DNA of 64,000 nucleotides from Escherichia coli (GTDB lineage Bacteria; Pseudomonadota; Gammaproteobacteria; Enterobacterales; Enterobacteriaceae): NCBI RefSeq assembly GCF_051903065.1, contig NZ_CP178438.1; one strand, 5' to 3'. Shown piece by piece: positions 46,824 to 55,268 of this stretch (position 1 is its first letter; each line of letters starts with the position of its first letter). The notes under the pieces were generated by a model. It saw only the letters and a program-made list of their open reading frames with translations, ran no database searches and was not told where the DNA came from. The position numbers and the translations under genes were made by a program.

Positions 46824-47613
46824 TAATACTAGTGGGACTTCACAACCCGAGTCGCAAGTATGTGTAGTACCGCAAAAAATTACAAATAAATTTAAAATAA
46901 TGATGAGTAAGGCTTGTAAAGCACAGAAAATGGTTTTATTGAAAAGAGCAGATGATATTATGTCATGGGAGGGGGAACAACAACGAGATTTTATTAAAGT
47001 TTTTGGCCTTAAAGGCGAGGACATTATAAAAATCAGAAAAGTTGGGGAAGATACTGGGAAACGAATGCAAGCGAGACTATTCATAATGGATGGCATCAGA
47101 CGAATAATGACGATTGCAAATGGTTTGACGATCGAAAGCTATAAAGATTATACGAACTGCAATGAATTTGCTGCTTTTATTAGTCCACATCTTGATCCTC
47201 CTTACATTGTAAATATCGGAGCGCATTTTGAATACAGACATGGTATAAAACAGTCGGTTACAGGTAGAGACTCTCATGTAAGTACACTTTGCCATGAAAT
47301 GTCCCATATATTTTGGTATTGGGGTGACAATCAAAAAGGTGGTATGTGGACTCAGGATTATACGGGTATTAATAAGTTCGCAACAAGTAATAAGGATGAA
47401 GTTAGCTATGAGAAACATGTTTCAGTGGCTAATGATCTGGTTACATTGCGTAAAGATCAGTTATTTGAGAATGCATATAATGTTGAAAGATATTTTTATA
47501 TAAAATTAAATGATGAAGATATTGAAGCTCAAGATGAGAATATGTTAGCAAAAAAAGTAGAGGATAAAATAAAAGAGATAGAAAAATGTTTTGATGAGTT
47601 GACGGGGAAATAA
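46810..47613 (+). CDS. HExxH-motif protein (putative zinc-metallopeptidase-like T6SS effector), 267 aa
   Basis: ATG at 46810 overlaps the vgrG stop by 14 nt; HEMSH at residues 162-166 followed by WTQDYTG; no signal peptide; AT-rich; ORF-track entry 46435..47613 is an N-terminal extension. Confidence 0.6.
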   Translation: MAGNNNTSGTSQPESQVCVVPQKITNKFKIMMSKACKAQKMVLLKRADDIMSWEGEQQRDFIKVFGLKGEDIIKIRKVGEDTGKRMQARLFIMDGIRRIMTIANGLTIESYKDYTNCNEFAAFISPHLDPPYIVNIGAHFEYRHGIKQSVTGRDSHVSTLCHEMSHIFWYWGDNQKGGMWTQDYTGINKFATSNKDEVSYEKHVSVANDLVTLRKDQLFENAYNVERYFYIKLNDEDIEAQDENMLAKKVEDKIKEIEKCFDELTGK

Positions 47614-47614
47614 G

Positions 47615-48364
47615 ATGAAGAGGTTGGCTTTCTATAATCTAAATTATGTTGTACTGATGGTTTTTTTTCTTTGTTTTTTGCCATTATCTATTGCAATTGC
47701 AATAGATAATGAGAATCTTTTTGTAAAAAAATACAGATTCGGTTTTGAACGAAGAAGTGACAATGGGAAACCAATTATTTATCTTAGCCATAATTTAGCG
47801 CCAGAGGAAAATATAAGTAATGAATTAACAAATGATGTTGTTGTTAAATTGGTGGTTAAGCCACATGCTGAAAATATTTTAGCTACTATAACTTTTTATA
47901 ACAGTAGTACTAAATCGTATTTTCTCCCCAGAATATATTATCCAAAGAACTTCCAAAAAGGAAATGGAGATGTATTTGATGCTTTGTGTGATGACGAATT
48001 CTTGATTACATCAGGAAATATTAGCTTAGACTATCTAGGAGGCTTTTGTCCCTTTGAGCTTGATTTGAATTTGAGCCGATGGGTGGAAATTACGGCAGGT
48101 AAAAAAATATCTTTTGATGTAAAATTGAATGATATGCATTCATTTCTCCCCAGTTTAAATAATTATCATATAAAAACATTAAACTACAAACTTGTTAGGA
48201 GAAAATGGTTTGTATTAAAATCAATTAATGAAACATTCCTCTCTATTTTGATGAAAAGATACTCATGTAATGAATATGATTTTAGAGCTATATCATTTAG
48301 TGGAGAGGGATGTGATAATTATGAATTTGATAAAAATACGTTTTTTTTGTTAATCAAATATTAG
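47615..48364 (+). CDS. Signal-peptide protein, candidate cognate immunity protein
   Basis: 249-aa ORF starting 1 nt after previous stop; N-terminal hydrophobic segment VVLMVFFLCFLPLSIAIA; very AT-rich. Confidence 0.55.
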   Translation: MKRLAFYNLNYVVLMVFFLCFLPLSIAIAIDNENLFVKKYRFGFERRSDNGKPIIYLSHNLAPEENISNELTNDVVVKLVVKPHAENILATITFYNSSTKSYFLPRIYYPKNFQKGNGDVFDALCDDEFLITSGNISLDYLGGFCPFELDLNLSRWVEITAGKKISFDVKLNDMHSFLPSLNNYHIKTLNYKLVRRKWFVLKSINETFLSILMKRYSCNEYDFRAISFSGEGCDNYEFDKNTFFLLIKY

Positions 48365-48596
48365 ATAAAGATGATGAGCAACATTCTGTTCATATTAGGT
48401 CTAATGAATTTTCCATCAATATCGATGGAAGCTTGGTAAAGCAACCTTATTGATTAAAATGTATCGCAGGTTTTATTTTCTGTAATGCTGGTGCATGTGC
48501 GTAAATATTTCTTAAGAGCCGGAAACACCTCTTCCGCCTTTATCGACGATAAACCTACCGCCAGAACCGGTGATGCCATTGACTGCGGTGGCGTGG

Positions 48597-48941
48597 TTAA
48601 AGGTGGAGGGCGATGTGGTGCTGGAGAGCAGCAGCCGGATAAGCCTGAAGGTGGGCGGTTCGTTTGTGGTCATCCATTCAGGGGGCGTGGACATCGTCGG
48701 GCCGAAAATCAATCTCAATAGCGGCGGTAGTCCGGGAACGCCGGTGCCGACGCTGCAACCGGCGGTTCTGAAAGCGCTGGCAGATGATAAAAGTTTAGCG
48801 GCTGAGCAAAATGATAGTAATGCATCGTCCGATCAGAATGATAACAACGATGAGGGTGAGGAAGCGCCAGAAAAATCGGTGTGTAAGGAGTGCCTGAAAA
48901 GGGCGCAGGAAGCCGCCGCCGCTTTTGCGCCTCGTGGATAA
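48597..48941 (+). pseudogene. Orphan 3' fragment of a second vgrG (last ~115 codons only)
   Basis: Translation LKVEGDVVLESSSRISLKVGGSFVVIHSGGVDIVGPKINLNSGGSPGTPVPTLQPAVL matches the intact VgrG segment encoded around 46320..46500; homology stops abruptly upstream of ~48597. Confidence 0.75.
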
Positions 48942-48947
48942 GGGAGA

Positions 48948-49718
48948 ATGACGATGATAACAGTATCGCCACGCGCTACCGATCAAGACAAATATATTAT
49001 CTGGCTGAAGCAGGCTGAATCATTCTGTTCTGCCGCTGGTTTGGATTACATAGATGTGCTTGTTGACCAGGCTGGAACCGACCAACCTTTGCAAAATGAG
49101 ATACTTCATCTGTGGCCAGCCATTCACTGGTATGCCCTGTTTGAAGGAACGCCTGAAGCTGAGACGATGGAGTATTCCCCTGTAGTGTTACGCCTGTACT
49201 TTGCGCTCAGTAGCCATCGCAAATTTCTGGCACAACTGATGGCGTCATTTGCTGATACGCCGCGTCTTACTTTGTTGATATCCCCTCTTACATTCGACCT
49301 GCTGGGGCGGCATCTTCAGGTATTGTCACAGGTTCAGTGGGAAGAACAGACCGGATTGCTGCGTTACTATGATAATCGGGTGTTCCCTTTACTGTTCACA
49401 CATGTTTTGACTAACGAGCAGCAGGCGACATTTACTGATATTGCGTTGTTCTGGAGCTGGTTAGACCGTGATGGTGAGATTAACTGGAAATCAGGAAGTT
49501 TTTCACCAGAACGCAGGCTTACTGACAACCCGGAGATGAATCGGGTGGATGATGTACAGGTGGGATTGATGGGCTGTATCTGCGACGCTGAAGTCCTGAT
49601 GAAGGAGAAAGCAGTCAGTGAACTCAGTCAGGAAAGCTATTTTGCCCACTGTCTTGATATTGCTTTCAGAGCCAATGACGCGAAATATTTCGGAGCTTTG
49701 CGGGACTTCGAAGGATAA
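48948..49718 (+). CDS. DUF4123-type T6SS adaptor/chaperone candidate
   Basis: 256-aa ORF immediately after the vgrG fragment; vgrG-adaptor-effector gene order; alternative start at 48954. Confidence 0.6.
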   Translation: MTMITVSPRATDQDKYIIWLKQAESFCSAAGLDYIDVLVDQAGTDQPLQNEILHLWPAIHWYALFEGTPEAETMEYSPVVLRLYFALSSHRKFLAQLMASFADTPRLTLLISPLTFDLLGRHLQVLSQVQWEEQTGLLRYYDNRVFPLLFTHVLTNEQQATFTDIALFWSWLDRDGEINWKSGSFSPERRLTDNPEMNRVDDVQVGLMGCICDAEVLMKEKAVSELSQESYFAHCLDIAFRANDAKYFGALRDFEG

Positions 49719-50061
49719 TATTGTGGTGATGTACGGGGAGATTTATCTGTTTAAAAGTCCGTAGCTGTTAATATCAAGAGATAATCGTGAAATAAACGGA
49801 AAATCAAGCTCGACATGTAATGGTAGTATCCATCATGTTGCATTTGTGTTCGATCGTAATGTCAGTTCACTTGGCTGCAATATATTTTGCGTAATATCAT
49901 CAATGCTCTGTCGATATTCCAATGTGTGACAATCGAAAGATATGCATTTTATTTGCTTCTTTGTCAAAACTTTATTGTCGTAGAAACAATACCCATCAAT
50001 TAAAATCTCTCAAAGTAAAAGAACCAGCAACATGTCCAGCAAAATAAGGAAAAGTATCAGT

Positions 50062-50586
50062 ATGAGAGCGATTTTCAAATGTTATTCTCTAATGATTTTA
50101 TTTGCAGTATCAGGCTGTTCAATGGCAAAAAATAGCGGTGATTACACTGCTGTGGATATTAATGGGATAAATCATACGGATAAGGATATAAATTATATAC
50201 ACATCAATGGTTACGGCGGACCAAATATTGGTCCATTCGGAGACGGTGGAGGATATTGTTGCGTTATGCTGCCAGATAAGTGGCATTCTGGATTAAAAGC
50301 CCAGGTTGAATGGGAAATTACCCCAAATACAGTACCTCCGCCACCACTCTATAAGGATTGGGATAAATATCAGGCCTGGGAGAAAAAACTAAAAGAAAGT
50401 TACATTCAACATACCGCAATTGTTGATATCCCGGAATACGATGCTGAGCTTTGTGGCCTGACCGTTCATTTTCTAACGTGTAATCAGATTAAAGTGACAA
50501 CCGTCTGCCAGAAGTATGGCACACCGAATTATCCCATCAAAGAACCCCGCGAGATGAAGGAACCAGCAACATGTCCAGCGAAATAA
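50062..50586 (+). CDS. Lipoprotein, candidate immunity (Tli-like) protein
   Basis: Start MRAIFKCYSLMILFAVSGC (lipobox) with RBS AAGGAA; ORF track starts 30 nt earlier at 50032 inside a repeat. Confidence 0.6.
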   Translation: MRAIFKCYSLMILFAVSGCSMAKNSGDYTAVDINGINHTDKDINYIHINGYGGPNIGPFGDGGGYCCVMLPDKWHSGLKAQVEWEITPNTVPPPPLYKDWDKYQAWEKKLKESYIQHTAIVDIPEYDAELCGLTVHFLTCNQIKVTTVCQKYGTPNYPIKEPREMKEPATCPAK

Positions 50587-50602
50587 GTGGTCTGGCTTTT
50601 CC

Positions 50603-52663
50603 GTGTTATGCCCCCCAGCGTTTCCTGAAAATGGGCGATTAATATTATCTGAAGCGCAGGTAAACGCGAACTACCTAAAACAAATCAATAAAACAGAAGA
50701 GCACAAAACCAACTGTAGTAAACAGGCTGGATTTAGAATTGGCTTTACGTGTAATCAAAGTCTGCATATTAGTCTGTTTTTTGATGGTACAAATAATAAT
50801 GAATATAATGACACTCCTGGACACCCAATCAATATTGCCAAACTGTTTCATACGACCTATCAGAACGCAGAAGAACAGGGATATTTTAACTACTATATAC
50901 CGGGTGTAGGCACACCATTTCCCAAGATAGGTGAAATGGATTACAGCAACAGCGGGCTGGAGTTCGCTACTGGTGGTGAAGATCGAATTAATTGGGCATT
51001 ATTACGCCTCGTGGATGCCCTGAGCTATTCCATTGACCCTTCCCATAAGCGACTGGATGATAATGTGGCAAAAGAGCACATTCCTCTTATGCGCGCTCCC
51101 TGGCCTATGACTGGTGAAGTGAATCGTCGCAATGTGATTAACCCCTACCTGGAAAAATTACAGGGACTGTTAGAGCAAGCCAGTCCGCGCCTGCTAAACG
51201 TAAAGCTGTTTATCTACGGATTTTCCCGTGGCGCAGCGGAAGCACGAACTTTTGTTAACTGGTTGACTCAGTTAGCTTGCCCGCAGGAGCAACAGGTGAT
51301 GCTGGCCGGGTTAGCTGTCAGTATTGAGTTTTTGGGGCTGCTGGATACCGTAGCTTCTGTGGGGGCGGCGCATGTTTTACCGGGCGCTGCCGGTCATATG
51401 GGATGGGCCGATAGTACTCAGCAACTCCCTGATGAGAGGCAGTTTCCCGGCCTGATTAAATGCTGCCGCCACTTCGTTGCCGCGCATGAGCAGCGGCTGT
51501 GCTTTCCGCTGGATTCAATCCGTCGTCCAGACGGAAATTATCCTTTAAATGCAGAGGAAATTATCTATCCGGGGATGCACTCTGATGTCGGTGGTGGCTA
51601 TCCCGTTCGCGATCAGGGGAAGTCCTGTGGTGACTCAGGCGAAATTCTTTCTCAGATAGCACTGCATGATATGTATCTTGCTGCATTTGATTCAGGAGCA
51701 CCACTTGCTGTTTATTCTAAATTTGTTACTCCATTAATAAAAGGTGTGTCGCCTCTGCGAATTATGAGTCCTTCTAGCGTAAAGGAATTTACGATTGCTA
51801 ATTCATTAACAAAACGCTTCAACATCTGGCGACAAACGCTGCTGAACACCACCTTGCAGGGTACAGAAGAAATGATTGATACGAGGGAAGGTTATCACTC
51901 CTATCAACTTGCCCAGGTTCTTGAAAGCGCAATTAGCGATCAGATCGGCTGGATCACCGCCTGGCGTATCGGTCGCTATGCGAATAACAGCCTTCTTGTG
52001 CAACCTTTTTATATTAAGGCGCCACAGCTGGATAAAGATGGACTTGATAAAGAGGCTAAAGCGCGTAAAGAACAAATGGAAAATATTGAAAAAGAGCGGG
52101 CGAACAAGCAGAAAGGGAATGGCACACTTGATGAAAGTAATCAGGGCATTCCTATCCTTGACCCAACCAATGCTCAGTATCAGTTGCGAGAGGCAGCCCG
52201 AGAATTTCAGAGCGATTATAAAGGATGGACGCGCGATATTAACGGCAGCGTCATGGAGAAAGCCATTCAGATTCTTGTGGATGTCATTCCTAAATATCCG
52301 GTGTATCTGATTAATGGCGATGATGAAGCAAAAGAATATCAGCAAATTAAGGCTATGGGAGACGGACTCTATCCACAATTTTTTATTGATTCACTGGGAA
52401 CGGGAACGCGTACTCAGCCCTGCGCTGAATTACTGGCTCTCTATGATGACCAGGTTCACGACTCCCGCGCCTGGTTTATGCAAAGTTCGCTGGGTGGACG
52501 CGAACCCTGGGGCGGTTATTTTCGCTACCGCATGATTTACTTCGGTGATGAGGCTAATAAAGAGCTGAAGCTAATCTCTGCAGATGGCAAAGTTGTTGGT
52601 GATCAGCCCACATCCAACCGGGTCATTTATTGGATGGAATCGAAAACGGTGAGCCGAGGTTAA
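50603..52663 (+). CDS. Tle1-family (DUF2235) T6SS phospholipase effector; 5' end frameshifted (likely native start ATG 50571)
   Basis: 686-aa ORF with FFDGTNN, GFSRGAAEARTF (GxSxG) and HSDVGGGY motifs; upstream ATG 50571 with RBS AAGGAA runs into a stop unless the C6 tract at 50611..50616 is C7. Confidence 0.75.
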   Translation: MLCPPAFPENGRLILSEAQVNANYLKQINKTEEHKTNCSKQAGFRIGFTCNQSLHISLFFDGTNNNEYNDTPGHPINIAKLFHTTYQNAEEQGYFNYYIPGVGTPFPKIGEMDYSNSGLEFATGGEDRINWALLRLVDALSYSIDPSHKRLDDNVAKEHIPLMRAPWPMTGEVNRRNVINPYLEKLQGLLEQASPRLLNVKLFIYGFSRGAAEARTFVNWLTQLACPQEQQVMLAGLAVSIEFLGLLDTVASVGAAHVLPGAAGHMGWADSTQQLPDERQFPGLIKCCRHFVAAHEQRLCFPLDSIRRPDGNYPLNAEEIIYPGMHSDVGGGYPVRDQGKSCGDSGEILSQIALHDMYLAAFDSGAPLAVYSKFVTPLIKGVSPLRIMSPSSVKEFTIANSLTKRFNIWRQTLLNTTLQGTEEMIDTREGYHSYQLAQVLESAISDQIGWITAWRIGRYANNSLLVQPFYIKAPQLDKDGLDKEAKARKEQMENIEKERANKQKGNGTLDESNQGIPILDPTNAQYQLREAAREFQSDYKGWTRDINGSVMEKAIQILVDVIPKYPVYLINGDDEAKEYQQIKAMGDGLYPQFFIDSLGTGTRTQPCAELLALYDDQVHDSRAWFMQSSLGGREPWGGYFRYRMIYFGDEANKELKLISADGKVVGDQPTSNRVIYWMESKTVSRG

Positions 52664-52920
52664 GTTCATAAGATTGAGGGGGGGGTGACCGGGAAAATGT
52701 AGACATGTAGTGCCTAATCACCCCAGTTCAAACCCATCCGCATCCCGCCATGCCGGAAACTTCACACTGTACTCCCAGGGAAAAATCACGTAATGCTGCT
52801 TTTTTTGTACTAAATAATTCGCATTTTATGTTCAATAATTGAGGTGTTCCTTATTACCTAAAGCTGTTTTTCATTGCTTATACATGATCAAATACTCATT
52901 GCATAATTAAGGGGGGCAAA

Positions 52921-53750
52921 ATGGAACTTAAAAAATTGATGGAACATATTTCTATTATCCCCGATTACAGGCAAGCCTGGAAAGTGGAACATAAATTGCC
53001 AGATATTCTATCTGTTAACTATTTGCGCCGTTATTTCTGGTGCATAATGCTGGGAAGATATAGAGGATTTGGGGAAACACATCCCGATTTTTTGAAGTGA
53101 TATGGTGATTTTGAAAATGGTATTCCTGTTCACGATATCATTGCCAGAGTTGTATCCTGTATCAGTCCTGAAAAATTTCATGAGTGCTTTATTAACTGGA
53201 TGCGTGACTGTCATTCTTCAGATGATAAAGACGTCATTACAATTGATGGAAAAACGCTCCGGCACTCTTATGATAAAAGTCGTCACAAGGGAGCAATTTA
53301 TGTCATTAAAATCCGTCTTCATATTGTTTGCATGTCTCTGATGAATTTATTGATTTTACGTTTGAATGGAAAGGGCTGAAGAAATTATGCATGGCAGCCT
53401 CATTTCGCTCAATAATAGCAGAACAAAAGAAAAATCCCGAAATGACGGTCAGATATTATAGCATTTCTGCTGATTTAACCGCAGAGAAGTTCGCCACAGC
53501 GAACCGAAATCACTGGCAAGTGGAGAATAAATTGCACTGGCATCTGGACGTGGTAATGAATAAAGACGACTTCAAAATAAGAAGAGGAAATGCAGCAGAA
53601 TTATTTTCAGGGATACCGAAGATCGCTATTAATATTTTAACGAAAGATAAGATAATCAAGGCAGGGGCAAGATGTAAGATGTGAAAAGCAGCTGCGGACA
53701 GAGACTACCTCGCGTCAGTCCTTGCGGGGGCGGGCTTTCGTAATCTTGTT
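52921..53750 (+). pseudogene. H-repeat-associated (ISAs1-family) transposase pseudogene, frameshifted and internally deleted
   Basis: Fragments in three frames: [26 protein letters not shown]..., ...[55 protein letters not shown]..., ...[31 protein letters not shown]...[21 protein letters not shown]... Confidence 0.75.
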
Positions 53751-53912
53751 CTGCAAGGGATGATAAAAAGTGCAACTTTATTCCACGCAGCTATTTAGAC
53801 AGCGTACAGTAAACAAACGAAAGTTGTTATTTCAATGGTCAGGGCAAGAGCATGAAGTGTTTACTACACACTATGCTCTTGTCCTGGAGTCAGGTCTTGT
53901 TTGGAGGGATAA

Positions 53913-54416
53913 ATGGTAGATATTGTCGAGGCCGATAAAACGGATATTTATTTCATTCAGGAGAGTGTTTATGGTAAAATCGGGCTGCCAGCTTTTGGTA
54001 ATACAATAGGACCATCTGCACAGCAGGTTGTTAAAAAGGTATTCGCTGTCGTTAAAGAACGAGATAAGACACATGCAAAACAGAGATTATTGTTGGAATA
54101 TAATGGTAACAAACTCTGGATGAATGCTATTGATGGCAGTGAAGCTATCCTACCAATAGAATTTTCTAAGCGATACGAACTTTCATTATTCAATACTACT
54201 AATTTTGGAGAAGATCCTTTTCCTGATGTTAATTTATATAATAATATGAAATCAAGTTTTTTTGTAAGGTTTGGTGGAACATCCCATCCCGAGGCTTGGG
54301 CTATTTATAATGCAAGTACGAAAGAGGTTAAATATATAGAAACTGCAAGAGAAATTGATAAAATATTCAGTGATTTTAACTTGAGTGGTACATTGCCAAT
54401 TCACATTGGTCAATGA
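53913..54416 (+). CDS. Hypothetical protein (167 aa), no recognisable motif
   Basis: ORF with RBS GGAGGG 5 nt upstream; AT-rich; between two H-repeat remnants. Confidence 0.5.
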   Translation: MVDIVEADKTDIYFIQESVYGKIGLPAFGNTIGPSAQQVVKKVFAVVKERDKTHAKQRLLLEYNGNKLWMNAIDGSEAILPIEFSKRYELSLFNTTNFGEDPFPDVNLYNNMKSSFFVRFGGTSHPEAWAIYNASTKEVKYIETAREIDKIFSDFNLSGTLPIHIGQ

Positions 54417-54482
54417 TTTTTTAAATTGTGTGATTAAATAATTGAACATTAGTGATGATTTATAGCATCATTATTCTATAAC

Positions 54483-54995
54483 ATGAATAAACGGATTGAA
54501 TGTGTTATGTTAAAAATGAGTTTATACGTAATAATATTGTTATTTTCCTTTCAGATTAGTGCAGCCATTACTAGCAAGGAAAGTGAGGTTGTTTCACCAT
54601 TATTAATGGATGTTAATTCTTCACTAACAATGCAAAATATTTCTGAATTATCCACATCATCGGAACCATCGCAACAGGGGGTATTTCCTGTAATATGTAC
54701 TCGACTTCATCCTGGCTCCGTAATGAAACGCCAGTTATTAACCGGCTGGGGGCCTGTTTTTATAATTGGTGATGATCCTTTTTCTCTGCGCTGGATGAGT
54801 GAACATCTGGAGATCCTTAAATCGCTAAATGCCCTTGGTTTGGTTGTTAATGTTGAATCAGTAGAACGAATGGAGGTATTACAGCAGCGGGCTGATGGGT
54901 TATTGTTATTGCCAGTTATCTGCGATAATTTCGTGCAAACTCTGCAATTAAATGCTTATCCGGTATTAATCACAGAGATGGAAATATCACAATGA
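54483..54995 (+). CDS. Hypothetical secreted protein (170 aa) with signal peptide
   Basis: N-terminal LKMSLYVIILLFSFQISAAIT signal-like segment; AT-rich. Confidence 0.5.
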   Translation: MNKRIECVMLKMSLYVIILLFSFQISAAITSKESEVVSPLLMDVNSSLTMQNISELSTSSEPSQQGVFPVICTRLHPGSVMKRQLLTGWGPVFIIGDDPFSLRWMSEHLEILKSLNALGLVVNVESVERMEVLQQRADGLLLLPVICDNFVQTLQLNAYPVLITEMEISQ

Positions 54996-55026
54996 TTAAT
55001 AACATAATTACTGCAAATAATATCGT

Positions 55027-55215
55027 AATTTTGAAAATGGTAATCCTGTTCACGGCACCATAATTAGAGTTATGTCTTGTATCCGTTCAGTATAATTTCA
55101 CGAATGCTTTATTAACTGGATGCGTGACTGCCATTCATCAAATGACAAAGACGTCATCGCGATTGATGGAAAAGCACTTCCACACTCCTATGATAAAAGT
55201 GGTCGCAGGAGAGCG
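55027..55215 (+). pseudogene. yafF: Second H-repeat transposase remnant (yafF-like), lacking 5' end and interior
   Basis: Homologous to 53105..53290 of the first remnant (NGNPVHG...[44 protein letters not shown]). Confidence 0.7.
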
Positions 55216-55268
55216 GGCTTTCGTAGTCTTCCCCGACTCTCCCCAGCCCTAAACACAACACCCACTCA

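Noticed and set aside
50032-50061. ORF-track start of the lipoprotein at 50032 (MSSKIRKSIS...)
   Set aside because: These 10 codons lie within the duplicated 28-bp repeat that carries the tle1 start; the lipoprotein signal peptide with its own RBS begins at 50062.
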